Notes under the pieces: model-generated | What the model was told of the DNA's origin: nothing | The model's database searches: none | What the model saw: only the letters and a program-made list of their open reading frames with translations | NCBI GenBank assembly: GCA_965214605.1 | Contig: OZ243961.1 | Coordinates: forward strand, 2,080,001 to 2,144,000 | DNA length: 64,000 nt | Direction: 5' to 3' | Origin: an uncultured Candidatus Binatia bacterium | Lineage (GTDB): Bacteria; Desulfobacterota; Binatia; Bin18 | Made by a program: the position numbers and the translations under genes | Shown here: positions 1 to 10,282 of the stretch, piece after piece | Numbering within the stretch: the first letter of the stretch is position 1 | How the letters are laid out: each line of letters starts with the position of its first letter

Positions 1-562
1 TGTCAAGTCTGGCCCATGTATGTATTTTGTTTACATACATACGTCGAGGGTTGGTCCTGAGTGCTTGGGACCGACCGTTGGGGGTAAGTCCTAAGCGCTT
101 GACAATGCCGCGCGCCTCATTCAGCGTTCCTTTTCGGACCGGAATTGCCGTCTCAAGCTGAACCCGGAAGCCCTGAACAGCGGCGGTTCTCACGGCCGTT
201 TTTGGAGAATGCCGACCTGCTTGAGGATGCGAATTGCCTTTTTGACCCCTTCGATAGAGGCTGCGACCTGGTTGGCGATTTGTCGGACCGAGATAATCGC
301 TTGGCGCACGGCAACGCCCTCAAGGACTTGCCGGACCTCCCATTGCAGGGGGGCAAGGAGGACTTCTCCCTGTTGCGGAGAGACTTGGGACTGACGGTCA
401 GTCCCAAGTCTATTTTCAGCAACGGAAGGACCGACCGTTGGTCCTAAGGACTTGACGGACTCCGACGAGGGATAAAAGCCGTTCCGGGCGGCGGGGAGCC
501 GGGCGGCCGAATTTGTCTTTCCAGCGCTCCTGATCGGACTGTTTTTTACGCAGCGCTGTCAT
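1..562 (-). pseudogene. Frameshifted winged-HTH, replication-protein-like gene
   Basis: ATG at 562 follows the ParA relic. A frame at about 378-190 reads ...ISVRQIANQVAASIEGVKKAIRILKQVGIL (HTH-like). At least two frame breaks; contains iteron-like repeats. Confidence 0.4.
50..456. repeat. Iteron-like direct repeats and inverted repeats
   Basis: GGACCGACCGTTGG at 68-81 and 428-441; GTCCTAAGnnCTTGAC at 88-103 and 441-456; perfect 15-bp inverted repeat AGACTTGGGACTGAC-G-GTCAGTCCCAAGTCT at 381-411. Confidence 0.65.
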
Positions 563-757
563 GCGTCCGTCCCCATCCTCGGCCTTCTGGATGATCGGTT
601 CCAGACCCAGGCGGCTCAACACTTCTCTGCCCAGCGTCATGAAATCCCGGGCGCCCGTGCTCTTTCTGTCATGCTGGAAGATCGACTTGCCCTCCGTGCT
701 GGTCTCTTCAAGCTTGACCGAGGGGCTGATGGTCGTATTAAAGGCTGGTTTCTTCAG
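560..757 (-). pseudogene. ParA/Soj C-terminal fragment
   Basis: AFNTTISPSVKLEETSTEGKSIFQHDRKSTGARDFMTLGREVL matches the typical ParA C-terminus; N-terminal Walker A region is absent. Confidence 0.65.
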
Positions 758-803
758 ACCCCGGCTGCGCCGCCCACCTAAAGGTGGTATTTGCCCGCCT
801 TCT

Positions 804-823
804 CCCCCCGCGAGAGCGGGGGG
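804..823 (-). terminator. GC-rich hairpin just downstream of ardC
   Basis: CCCCCCGC-GAGA-GCGGGGGG, 7 nt past the ardC stop; no clear U-tract. Confidence 0.3.
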
Positions 824-830
824 CGGGTAA

Positions 831-1727
831 TCAAGACGCCTCTTCCGCGGCCTGGCTGTCCAGGCCGAGCATATAATCGGCGGCCCGCTGGGCCTGGGAA
901 GCGGCCTGCACCAGTAGCCGCGGGTCATTGCTCAACTTGTCCCGCCACCCTTGCACATAGCCCGCGCTGGTGGCCGGCGTGCGGTTTTCAATCCCCGCTA
1001 CCCCACACAGAAAGGCGGCCCCCATCTCGACTACCAGCTCCTCCTTGCTATAGTGGGTATCCCCGAAGCGGACCGCGTCAACCAGCGTCGCGCGATTCAA
1101 CCGCCCGGCGTGGCCGGTGGCGTGTGTCAGCTCATGAAAAAGGGTCGAATAGTACCGCTCCGGGGCCTCGAAGCTGCCCGCCGCCGGCATCGTCACCTGG
1201 TCAACGCGCTGTCGATAAAAAGCAGCATCCCCCCCGTGCGTGATAGCCGGCCGCCCCGGCATATCCGCCACAATCTTTTCACACGCGGCGATTTTTTGGG
1301 CGGGGGCCATGTCCGGCACACCCACCTGCGTCCGCTCTGCCCACGCCTCGGGTAATACGCAGTGCGCGGCGTTGAACACAGTATACGCGCGGGCCAGGGC
1401 GTAGCCGCCCCGCTCTGTGCGGTCCTGCTCTCCGTCCTGCGCGCGCCCCGTGCGGGCCATGAATTTCCAGAATATGACGGTCTGGCCTTTCGCCCCTTTT
1501 TTGACGTGGCCGCCTCTCTGTGAGGCTTGCCGATAGGTCAACCAAAACGGCGACCCCTCGTGCTGATGGGACAAGAGAAACACATTCAGCCCCCGGTACG
1601 GCTTCCCACTGATGAGAGTGCGCGGCGCGCCCTCGGCCGCGGTCCACGGGCGATGCCACGGCACCACCCCGGCTTTGAGGGCGGAAACGATCCGGTCAGT
1701 AATTGTCGTGTACACGTCCGGGCTCAT
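831..1727 (-). CDS. ardC: ArdC-family antirestriction protein (ssDNA-binding DUF1738 + zincin-like domain)
   Basis: YTTITDRIV..L..GVVPWHRPW, YRGLN, WLTYRQA, YYSTLFHELTHATGH, YSKEELVVE motifs; AGGAGG RBS before ATG 1727. Confidence 0.9.
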   Translation of the reverse strand: MSPDVYTTITDRIVSALKAGVVPWHRPWTAAEGAPRTLISGKPYRGLNVFLLSHQHEGSPFWLTYRQASQRGGHVKKGAKGQTVIFWKFMARTGRAQDGEQDRTERGGYALARAYTVFNAAHCVLPEAWAERTQVGVPDMAPAQKIAACEKIVADMPGRPAITHGGDAAFYRQRVDQVTMPAAGSFEAPERYYSTLFHELTHATGHAGRLNRATLVDAVRFGDTHYSKEELVVEMGAAFLCGVAGIENRTPATSAGYVQGWRDKLSNDPRLLVQAASQAQRAADYMLGLDSQAAEEAS

Positions 1728-1761
1728 TTGGGCCTCCTGCTCTCCTTCACAACACAGATGC

Positions 1762-1799
1762 TTGTTTTCGGTTCTCACCACTGCCCGGACCGAAAACAA
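1762..1799 (-). promoter_or_regulatory. Conserved upstream hairpin, copy 1 (before ardC)
   Basis: 11-bp perfect stem with 16-nt loop CCGGGCAGTGGTGAGA; a related hairpin precedes the HNH gene at 16564-16603. Confidence 0.55.
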
Positions 1800-1855
1800 T
1801 CGGAGAGCAGCCCGTAGGGCGCACGAAACCGAGTCCGCCGCCGGCCGGCGCATCC

Positions 1856-1963
1856 GTGCCAGGTTCGCGGAGCGGGGCCGGCGTGCGATGCGGCCGGCCG
1901 GCGCGCCATACTGGAGCCGAGGCCATCAGCTAGGTGTGCTAGGTTCGCGGAGCGGGGCTGGCG
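1856..1963. repeat. 28-bp imperfect direct repeat upstream of ardC
   Basis: GTGCcAGGTTCGCGGAGCGGGGCcGGCG at 1856-1883 and GTGCtAGGTTCGCGGAGCGGGGCtGGCG at 1936-1963. Confidence 0.7.
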
Positions 1964-2448
1964 CCGCTTGGCGGCCGGGAGGCGGCGCGCTGTCTTGGGC
2001 GTGGCAAGGGGCGACCAGAGCCTGCTGTGGTCGCCCCTTGCTCGGTCTTCGGGGGGGGGGTGCTCGGTGTGGCCCTCTACACGGAGCGGCGGGCAGCGCG
2101 GGCGGGCGGGCCGCGGACCTGGGCACCAGCGCGCCCGCCCGCGCGGCAGGTCCTGGGGGGGGCCCCGGCGCTTCTCCTGGCTTGGGCGGGCTCTGTGGGT
2201 TCGTCCCACTGAGCTGGGGGCGCTGGCCCGCGTGGTCGGTGATGCGGACCTGGGCACGCCGGCGACGTGGGCCAGCGCAATCCTGGGAGGGAGGGAAAGA
2301 GTGACCGCCTTGAACGCGCCCTCAAGGGAGGTGTGGAGGGGAAAAGAATCGCCCTGGGCGACCTTGCGAAGCGCCCCGCTCGGTTGCGCGCGGGGCCATC
2401 AGGACACGGCTGTACCAGGCCTGACCCCGCCCGGCTGGGGGACAGGGC

Positions 2449-2682
2449 CTAGGCGGTGCGCCGTAACAGCTCGGCGAACACTTCCCCCTGGCGTTCGAGC
2501 GCCTTGCCCAGCACGTCAATTTCCTTGTTGCGACGTTCGCCCGCGGCCTGCATCTGGAAGAGCCCCCAGACAATGCAGCCCAAGCCTACGCCGCTGACGA
2601 GAAGCTGGGCGATCTCTACCCCGCGCGGCCCCTGCAGCGCGGCGGCCGCCGCCCGCGCCAACGGTAAAAATTCAGTTTCCAT
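2449..2682 (-). CDS. Small single-TM hypothetical protein
   Basis: AGGAGG RBS before ATG 2682; hydrophobic LLVSGVGLGCIVWGLF followed by a coiled-coil-like tail. Confidence 0.55.
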   Translation of the reverse strand: METEFLPLARAAAAALQGPRGVEIAQLLVSGVGLGCIVWGLFQMQAAGERRNKEIDVLGKALERQGEVFAELLRRTA

Positions 2683-2724
2683 ACCGTCCTCCTGCCGGAC
2701 ACACAAAGGCAGGAAGCATCTGCC

Positions 2725-3411
2725 CTAAAGAATAGCGCCCAAAGGGCGAACCTTACAGGCCGGTTTTCCGGCCGCGCCTTTTCTGTGCTTCATAGAGCCC
2801 CTGCGCCGCCACCTCCGCTCCCCACTCATCTGCCGGGCTCTTGATCCCCAACTCCTTGTTTTCCACCGTGGGCTCTCCCAGCGCTTGCCCCTGGCGTAGC
2901 GAGTGAGCGCCGGCGCCACTTCCCCCTCGTATTGCGGGTGCTCACGCACGAGGTTCCGCAAGGCGTGGATTCCGCCGACGCGAACCGCAAGAAAATCGTG
3001 CCCCAGCATTGCCACGGCGCGCTGGTAGCGGGCATCCAGCACCCCCTTTTCCGCGACCGTGACTTACCGCTGGGCAACGAGGCTCCGCCACAGCGCCCAG
3101 CCCAGCGCCAGCAGCCCGCCCCCCATCAGGACAAGGTTTCTGATCGGCTCTGCTTCCCGTTTGAAAAATTCCCATGACCAGACCGCAACAACGACCGCCA
3201 ATACGAGGAAGCCCACAGGACAAACCAGGGCGATTTGTCCGCCCCTCCCCGTCTCCGCTTCATCAAGGTGGGCGGTGTGCTGATGCGCTTCCGCCCACTC
3301 CGCCGCTTCCGCCCCGTTTTTCCCCTCCCGTGCTATCCGCATACGCCCGGCTTTGCCCGCCGCCGCCCATACCTCCTCAAAGCGTCCTTCCCTTCTGCGC
3401 CTCACTCCCAC
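2725..3411 (-). pseudogene. Membrane protein resembling the N-terminal region of pentapeptide-repeat proteins, interrupted
   Basis: Two TM helices, an in-frame TAA at 3064-3066, then RYQRAVAMLG..LAVRVGGIHALRNL in the same frame; true start uncertain. Confidence 0.5.
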
Positions 3412-3441
3412 TCATACGCCCTTCCGCCTCCCGCCCCGGCC

Positions 3442-4126
3442 TTAAATATGTCTCCGCACAATCTCATCCAACGAGACCTCCTCCGGCAGGCGGTTGTAGA
3501 GTTGCGTCGTGCGGGTCGAGGCATGCCCGGCAATGCGCGCCGCCGTCTCCAGCGGGCCCCCGGCCCGCAGATATTCCGTAATACCGGTGCCCCGGAAGCT
3601 ATGCGCGCAGACCTCACCCGGCAAGCCCGCGCGCTTCGCCCGCCGCTTAATCATCTTCAAGGCAGCCGCGCGACCGAGCGGCTGCCGGCTCAGCCGGTCG
3701 ATCCCCCGTTGTCTGCCCGCCGACAGAAACAACGGGCCTTGCGGATTGGCCGCCAGGCCGGCCCGGGCGATGTCGTCATCCGTCCAGGCTTGCGCCCTAT
3801 GGTGCGCGGGAAGGACCAGATACTTGCCGCCCTTCTCGTGCAGCCGAAAAAAGGACCGCTTGCCCTGGGTGTAATAGTCCGCCACCCGCATCGCCAGCGC
3901 CGCGCTGATGCGCACGAAGCCGTACACCATCAGACCCAGCAACGCCCGGTCCCGCAGCCCGATGAGCGAGCCGGTCGAGCAAGCGCCGGGCCTCTTCCGC
4001 CGTCAATACGGGGGTCTTGCCCGTGGTGATGAGCTGCTTCGGCCCGCGGCCCGCCCCCGCCGGATTGCTGGGGATCACCTGGCCCCCGACGAGCCAGGCA
4101 AAGATAAACGGCTGCTGGGATACCAT
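3442..4126 (-). pseudogene. Tyrosine recombinase/integrase, frameshifted and N-terminally truncated
   Basis: Catalytic RIS, EKGGK, HSFR, AGH and TTQLY residues in 3442-3942; upstream GKTPVLTAEEARRLLD lies in another frame. Confidence 0.8.
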
Positions 4127-4411
4127 GATATTCGCATAGGTAATCAGCCTGATAATCGTCTCACCAAATTCATTACGATTAACCTACCACAACGGTTGCC
4201 AAAATCCCGGAAGCAGTTTGATCAAAACAAAGACCTATTAGAAGCCTTTGCAACCAAAAAATAAAGTTTGCGGAATTGACCACCCAGGTGCGACGACGCA
4301 CTAAAAACACCTAGACCGTTCCCCCCCTCTCCACCGCACCAAAAAGAGCGGCCCGTATACGTCCGCCCTACAGGTCAGCTCAAACAGGGAAAAAGGGAGC
4401 GGCAAGCCGAG

Positions 4412-4558
4412 TCATTTCATGCGCTCGTCAGGCTTTCGATTCAAGAGTCCGGCTACACGCGGCCGGAGTCCCTGTAGGGTTTCCGGGTGGATCGCGTCCA
4501 GCCGCTGCACGGCCATACGCCCGGTGTTCAACGTGACGTGCAGAATCCGCTGGTTCAT
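4412..4558 (-). CDS. Small ORF, 48 aa (MNQRILHVTLNTGRMAVQRLDAIHPE...), possibly a truncated plasmid gene
   Basis: Strong AGGAGGAGG RBS; preceded by a degenerate copy of the upstream motif (CCGGGC..GGCGAGAACCG); below the ORF-track cutoff. Confidence 0.4.
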   Translation of the reverse strand: MNQRILHVTLNTGRMAVQRLDAIHPETLQGLRPRVAGLLNRKPDERMK

Positions 4559-4920
4559 TGCCTCCTCCTGGTCGGTTCTCGCCCGCCCGGCCCGCTGTGT
4601 GGTACGCTAGGCGCTCAATCTGCTTGAGCGTCCTCCGCTCGGATTCATACTCAATAGGAGCACCGACATAGATTTCCATGGCGGATGCCTCGTCGCCTAT
4701 ACCGTTGATTCCCGTCTCCTTGGTCGGGAGCTCGCCAATTACGTAGCCGCCCTTCCCATAGTCATGGAGCCTTGCTTCCTAAATCTCGTTTGCTCAGAGA
4801 AAGGTAGCTGAGATCATCCTTGGCACTGTCTCGACGTGTCACGGCCTCATGGCGTACGGACGCAGGAGGCTACGCATCCTTCACCACGTTTGGCGTGATC
4901 CTGGGGGCTCCCAGCCATGT

Positions 4921-5934
4921 TCAAGCCGACCCGGCCGTCTTGATAATCCGCTTAGCCAGTTGTCTGAAATCACAGTGCGCGTCCCGGACCGCAGCAGCAT
5001 GGCTCCCGATAGCCCCGTCGGCTGGGGTGAGAGAGAAGATAGGCTTCCGGCTCTCCTGTGCCATCGGGACCAGACTGCGGTAATGCTTGACGGTGGCCAG
5101 GCAATGTTGGTCTTCGGCTGGCGAAGCAGGAAACTGCCCGTTTGTCTGATCAAGCAGATTTCTGGCGTACTCTTCCGGCATCCGGTTGATCCATCGGTCA
5201 TACGCTTTGACCGGGCGGCTGAGGCGGACACTGTGCTGTTGCACGATATACCCAAGGGGTTCCATGCGGCCCACAGGCAAAGGGAATGCTGGCGACGACC
5301 AGTTTACTCGTCTCTTCTCCCACTCTTGACGCCAGCGCCTGAGCGTTGGACCGAGGTTGCGCAGGCCCTGCAGGGAAAACAGATCAGCGCCCAGGGGAAC
5401 GATGACATGATTGGTGGCGATGAGGGCGGAGCGATTGATGGCGCCAAGATTGGGGCCAACATCAGCCAGAATGACCGTCGCGTCCATCTCTTTCGCGCCC
5501 AACTGCATCACGGTCCAGAACGAGGTCAGAATCCGAAACGGCCGATACAGATTGGCAGAGCCCAAGGCGTCTGGCCATTCACCAGATAACGTGTCCTCAA
5601 ACCCGGACAGCGCCAGGGCGCCGGGGAGCAGGTTGAGAGACGAGGTGATTTTTTGGAGTGCGGGAGGCAACAAATCCCCGACCTCTAACAGAGGCTTGAC
5701 GCATTCGAAAATGGTTCTGCCAGTGCTTTTACCACACGCCCCCACCCCTCCGTCCCAAAGCGTTTCCAGCTGTTCTTCGTCCAGAAACGCGGCAGACAGA
5801 TTGGCTTGCGGATCCAGGTCGCAGGCGAGCACCCGATGGCCGGTCTGCGACAGCATCCAGGCCAGATTGTAGGCCAGGGAAGTTTTGCCGACGCCACCCT
5901 TGTTGTTGAAGAAGGTCAGTACGGGGATAGTCAT
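4921..5934 (-). CDS. ParA/MinD-superfamily ATPase (AAA_31-like), island-associated subfamily
   Basis: Deviant Walker A NNKGGVGKT, DLDPQANLS, DVGPNLG; start overlaps the upstream stop (ATGA). Confidence 0.88.
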   Translation of the reverse strand: MTIPVLTFFNNKGGVGKTSLAYNLAWMLSQTGHRVLACDLDPQANLSAAFLDEEQLETLWDGGVGACGKSTGRTIFECVKPLLEVGDLLPPALQKITSSLNLLPGALALSGFEDTLSGEWPDALGSANLYRPFRILTSFWTVMQLGAKEMDATVILADVGPNLGAINRSALIATNHVIVPLGADLFSLQGLRNLGPTLRRWRQEWEKRRVNWSSPAFPLPVGRMEPLGYIVQQHSVRLSRPVKAYDRWINRMPEEYARNLLDQTNGQFPASPAEDQHCLATVKHYRSLVPMAQESRKPIFSLTPADGAIGSHAAAVRDAHCDFRQLAKRIIKTAGSA

Positions 5935-7139
5935 GATGAGCGCCCCCGGATGGTCACCTGGACGAAGGTATCCTCAACGATGAATTCCGGCTCGGGATGG
6001 CCATAGTCCTTCAACGCCTTTTTTGCGGCGGGAATGCCGACCCCGAAACGCTGCACATAGCCGAACACTTTCAGAGCCTCCGCCACATTCGGATTCCGAT
6101 AGTCGGTCACACCGGGCTGGCCAAAATTCTCCCGAGTCACGATACCAAAGGCGCCACCCGGGTTCTGGACTTCAATCCGGTCGTTGAACCAGGAGACCCG
6201 TACCGGCGCGTTGGTGGCCTCATAGGCGCGGTGCATCACCGCATTGCGCGTGATCTGCTGAAGCGCCACCAGGGGGTAGGTCGGCTCGCGCCGCTCCCAG
6301 TCCGCCCCGGTCAGGTCGATGCTTGTGCTGATATGGGCCTTCATCTTCTCATCAATGCGCCGCACGATCTCTGAAAGCGTTCCGTCTATGGTTTCCTCGT
6401 CGACGATGGGATCTGACCACGCGGTTCCGTCGATACGCAGGAACTGGATATAGGAATTGGTGATAAAGTCTCGGGGACGTTTGCCGAGCACTAGGAGGCC
6501 CAGCACGGTAGCTGTAGGATTGGCGATGGAAGCGATCATCTTGGTCGTCGCAAGGCGCTGGTTCGTGCTACGCTCGTTCGCTTCGAGGATCTCGGCACTG
6601 AACGCCCGCGGCAGATATTCCTCATCGAACTGACGCAGGCTGAGGTCGGAGACGGCGGTGCCGGGTACGGACTGAATATCGAACGGGATGGCGCCCGACC
6701 GCCGCTTCTCGGTGAGAATGCGTTCCTCATGTTCGGTCGCGATCGCCCGTTGGGGGCCGCCCCGCACGTGAATGGCACCTTTGTAGCGAACAGGCGGGGA
6801 GTCCGATGGCAACACGGTTACCACGGCGACCTCCTTGCCCCGCAGGGTCCGTTTTTCGACCAGCAGGGACGGCGGAGGAACAATGTTGCCATCGGTCTTA
6901 ATATTGCCCAGCTGCGTGAGCAGTTCATCGTCAATGTCAAGGCCACTGGGCTCCCCGTTATCTCTCAGGCCAACGAAGACCACCCCAGCTTGCCCGGAGC
7001 CGGGCAAGTCATTGGCAAATGCACAGACGGCCTCTCGGATCCTGGTTGGCGCTTTACCCTTCAACGTTTCCTTGTACTCAACACGGAAGCTCTCGCCCTG
7101 ATCCATTACCTCTACCAGTTCTCTATCGGTCAGTCGCAT
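5931..7139 (-). CDS. Schlafen/AlbA_2 domain + HATPase_c_4-like (RecG-C-terminal-like) protein
   Basis: GESFRVEYKE, VCAFAND, GVVFVGLRDNG (AlbA_2); ALQQITRNAVMHRAY, RIEVQNPG, YRNP, GYVQRFGVGI (HATPase_c_4). Confidence 0.85.
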   Translation of the reverse strand: MRLTDRELVEVMDQGESFRVEYKETLKGKAPTRIREAVCAFANDLPGSGQAGVVFVGLRDNGEPSGLDIDDELLTQLGNIKTDGNIVPPPSLLVEKRTLRGKEVAVVTVLPSDSPPVRYKGAIHVRGGPQRAIATEHEERILTEKRRSGAIPFDIQSVPGTAVSDLSLRQFDEEYLPRAFSAEILEANERSTNQRLATTKMIASIANPTATVLGLLVLGKRPRDFITNSYIQFLRIDGTAWSDPIVDEETIDGTLSEIVRRIDEKMKAHISTSIDLTGADWERREPTYPLVALQQITRNAVMHRAYEATNAPVRVSWFNDRIEVQNPGGAFGIVTRENFGQPGVTDYRNPNVAEALKVFGYVQRFGVGIPAAKKALKDYGHPEPEFIVEDTFVQVTIRGRSS

Positions 7140-7268
7140 CACCTTAGCTCTTGGTCTTAGGATATGGGGAAAGGGTGGATATTTCCAGCCGTCCACTGGG
7201 CGTCCTACCCTACTCACTGGGCCTCAGTAGGTGAGCCGCCCCCCGGTTTTCCACCTTGGCGCTACCAG

Positions 7269-7874
7269 CTACCCATCCGGCAGCGCCAGATAGCGGTACA
7301 GCGTAGACCGTGAGATATGGAGCGTCTGGCAAATATCCTGCACCTCATGCGTGCGGTCCTGATAGAGTGCCTTGGCCATCTGCACCCGGGGATCGTGCGG
7401 GTCCAGCGACGGCCGCCCGCCTAGGCGTCCGCGCGCCCGCGCCGCGGCCAGCCCGGCCCGCGTCCGTTCCTGAATCAGCCGCCGTTCAAACTGCGCCAGC
7501 GCCGAAAAAATATTAAACACCAGCTCGCCCGACGCCGTCGTCGTATCAATGGCGCCGTCACAGATCGACCGAAAGCCGATGCCCTGCTCCTGCAGCTCCT
7601 CCACCAGCGTCACCAAGTGCGCCATCGACCGCCCCAAACGATCCAGGCGCCAGACCAGCAGCAGGTCGCCGGCCTCCAAGGTCTCCAGACATTTGGTCAA
7701 ACCCGGCCGGTCCGCCTTCGCCCCCGATGCCTTATCCACAAAGATCAGTTCCTCTCGACACCCCTGAGCCTTCAGTGCATCCACCTGCATGCGCAGCTCC
7801 TGCTCCGTTGTACTGACCCGAGCATAGCCAATCGTCCTCCCCGCCTCCCGAGCCCCATTTTTCTTCCGTGTCAT
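7269..7874 (-). CDS. Serine recombinase (resolvase/invertase) with C-terminal HTH
   Basis: [49 protein letters not shown]. Confidence 0.93.
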   Translation of the reverse strand: MTRKKNGAREAGRTIGYARVSTTEQELRMQVDALKAQGCREELIFVDKASGAKADRPGLTKCLETLEAGDLLLVWRLDRLGRSMAHLVTLVEELQEQGIGFRSICDGAIDTTTASGELVFNIFSALAQFERRLIQERTRAGLAAARARGRLGGRPSLDPHDPRVQMAKALYQDRTHEVQDICQTLHISRSTLYRYLALPDG

Positions 7875-7879
7875 CGCGT

Positions 7880-7990
7880 ATATGATACACAGATTTTTGA
7901 GACGGGTAATATAGAATACATTTCTCCGTCTCGGCTCCCCTACCCGACCCGTCGTGTCGCTGTCTCGCAAAACCTCGTTTGCCAAGACAC
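7880..7990. promoter_or_regulatory. Putative res site / resolvase promoter
   Basis: GTCTC/GAGAC-type half-sites (TTTTTGAGACG; TGTCTCGCAAAACCTCGTTTGCCAAGACAC) directly upstream of the resolvase. Confidence 0.4.
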
Positions 7991-8199
7991 GGGACAGCAG
8001 TCGCGTACTGTGGCGTGCCGCCGTGCATCAAACACACGGCAGCTGCTCGACGCCGCCACGGCCGCCCGGCTCGGCGAGATCGAGCGCGGGGTGACTTGGG
8101 CTGTGGTCAAGATGATGGGCGAGAAGGGAAGGGACCATGAATAGCCCTATCATCGCTGCCGTTGAGGAGCATCTTGTCACCTAGAAGGGATTGAATGTT

Positions 8200-8305
8200 T
8201 ACCAGCTCACTGTATTTTTATTAGAGCTGTATATTTTTTAATAATCAGCTCTTGACATTAATTTTTTTGAGCTGATTTTTTTGCAAAACAGCTCTCATTG
8301 GAGGT
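8200..8305 (+). promoter_or_regulatory. AT-rich promoter with phased CAGCTC/GAGCTG operator-like sites
   Basis: TTGACA at 8252-8257; alternating hexamers at 8203, 8224, 8246, 8269, 8289; GGAGG RBS at 8300. Confidence 0.55.
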
Positions 8306-8311
8306 TGAGAC

Positions 8312-9420
8312 ATGCAAGTGACCTTTCCAGCCATGCGCTCACAAATGGGGGGGCGCAATTACTACGCCACTACGATGGTACTCTCGGAGATACCTCGCCT
8401 CTTCAAGTTCAATGACTGGGAGCGATTCAGCTGCGAGCCCAGCGAGTTCTGAACGAGTCGCGGGTTCCTGTGATCGCAAAGTACATCGTGGACAATGAGG
8501 ACTCCTATTTGTTCTCGTCGATCACGGCGTCTTACTCATCAGACACCATCAAATTCAAGCCGACATCGAAGAACCAGCCCGATATCGGCTACATCGAACT
8601 TGCACTTGAGGAGATGGAATTTGTGATCAACGACGGCCAGTACCGATGTGCGGCTATCGCACAGGCATTAAAGGAAAATCCTACCCTCGCCAAAGATCGC
8701 ATCTCTGTTTTGCTCTTCCCCATGGAGAACATCGACTGGATGCAACAGATGTTCTCAGACCTAAACCGGTTCGCTCAGCGGTCGTCAAAGTCGCTCAACA
8801 TCTTGTACGACCACCGTGACAACCTTGCGGCGCTCACCAATGTCGTTGTGGAAAAAGTCGACGTCTTTCGCGGTCTTGTAGATATGGAGCGTGTGTCTAT
8901 TCCCATCCGCTCGGAGAAACTGTTTGCGCTTTCCACGCTCTACGATGCGAACAAAGAGCTACTGGGCAATAAGATCGATCCGGCTGGCTCAGGTCCGTAC
9001 GAGAAGACATGTGATCGCGCGGTGAACTACTGGAATGCCTTGGCAGAGATCATGACAGACTGGAAGAAGGTTTCTGAGGGTCTTGTTCCCGCCGCTGCGG
9101 TCCGCCAAGAGAAAATCAGTACGCACGCCACCGTGCTCCGTGCGCTCGGTGGAGTTGGTCGTATTCTGAACGAGTACCATCCAGATCAGTGGCGTAAACA
9201 TCTCAAGTACCTTTCTCAGGTAGACTGGCGAAAGAGCGTAGGCGGCAAAGTCAATCCAATGTGGGATGGTGTCTGCATCTCCGCTGGCTCCGTTATTGCA
9301 AACCGCTAGGCTCGCCTTGCCACACTCGAAACCCTGTGTCGCGCAACGCACGTCGCCCAAGACAGCATCCCGGGTATGCGCAAACGCGGCCGGCCTCGTA
9401 AGGCAAACAAGAAGGATTAA
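8312..9420 (+). pseudogene. DndB-like / DGQHR-domain protein (frameshift near 8430, premature TAG at 9307)
   Basis: MQVTFPAMRSQMGGRNYY..., RAQRVLNESRVP, INDGQYR, QQMFSDLN, LYDHRD; the frame continues past TAG to KRGRPRK...KD*. Confidence 0.75.
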
Positions 9421-9559
9421 ATCATGAACAACAACACTCTTTTCGAGACCTTACTTCATGCGGAACATGAGAACGCTGTGATCGACGTACTGGATAAGGT
9501 CGGCTACTCCCTGCGAGGCCGAGATCTTTCTCTCGGGTGCTCTTGAATTTACTCGCCAC

Positions 9560-10282
9560 ATGCTCTTACGCCGCAGCAACTTCGCTCGCGCGGTGTTGTT
9601 GCGACTCGGACAGGTAACCCTAGACTGCCGTGACTTCGTGCCCGACCGGAGCGAGCTTGCGGAGAGGCTGCCGGCGCTCGTCGAGGAGATGCTCTCCGGT
9701 CTTGACGAACTGGTAGAAAGTTGTCGGGAATCGGGCATTCCAAAAAATGCTATCACTGGCCGAAAGCTTCTGCTCCATCGAAGCGCAGTTGGGTTGGAAG
9801 AGGATCGGCGGGTAAGCCATACGATCCGGCTCCCTCGGTTAGTATTTACGTCGCCACCGTATCCAGGGGGCCATGTTCTTTACAATCGCTGGCAATGCCG
9901 AGGAAGGCGTGAGACTCCTGCTCCTTACTAGATTGCTAACGTCAGCGATGGATACGGCCCCGCTTACTACTGCGGCGGAAGTCGAACGCCGACTGGTCTG
10001 CATAAATACTTCCAGATGATCATACATGCTTTTACATCCGTAAAACGGGTCATGCATCCAGACGGACGGGTCGTCCAGATCGTGGGTTTCTCTGACGTAC
10101 AGTCTCAATTACCCACCTACCTCGAAGCGATGGAGCATGCGGGGTTTCGGGAGGTTCGCTCCTCTGAGTTCGGCGGTGAGTTTTTACAACGTAGGGTGGC
10201 AAACCGCAGATGGTACGCAAAGGTTAAGGGTGATATCGATGCCTCCACCGAATTTCTGCTCGTGCACCGCGTTCGGCAGTAG
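9560..10282 (+). pseudogene. N4-cytosine/N6-adenine DNA methyltransferase C-terminal fragment
   Basis: LVFTSPPY catalytic motif; in-frame TAG at 9929-9931; same frame resumes to 10282; N-terminus missing. Confidence 0.7.

Noticed and set aside
1860-2450. Long Arg/Pro/Gly-rich ORFs upstream of ardC
   Set aside because: High-GC artefacts in several overlapping frames without motifs; more likely structured non-coding DNA
4428-4679. 83-aa ORF MEIYVGAPIEYESE... as a gene
   Set aside because: Appears chimeric: a short gene start joined to the leader of another small ORF; family not supportable
4921-5934. Active ParABS partition system
   Set aside because: No parB or parS; the gene is coupled to a Schlafen-domain gene
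8312-9420. Dnd phosphorothioation system
   Set aside because: Only a broken DndB-like gene; dndC/D/E absent
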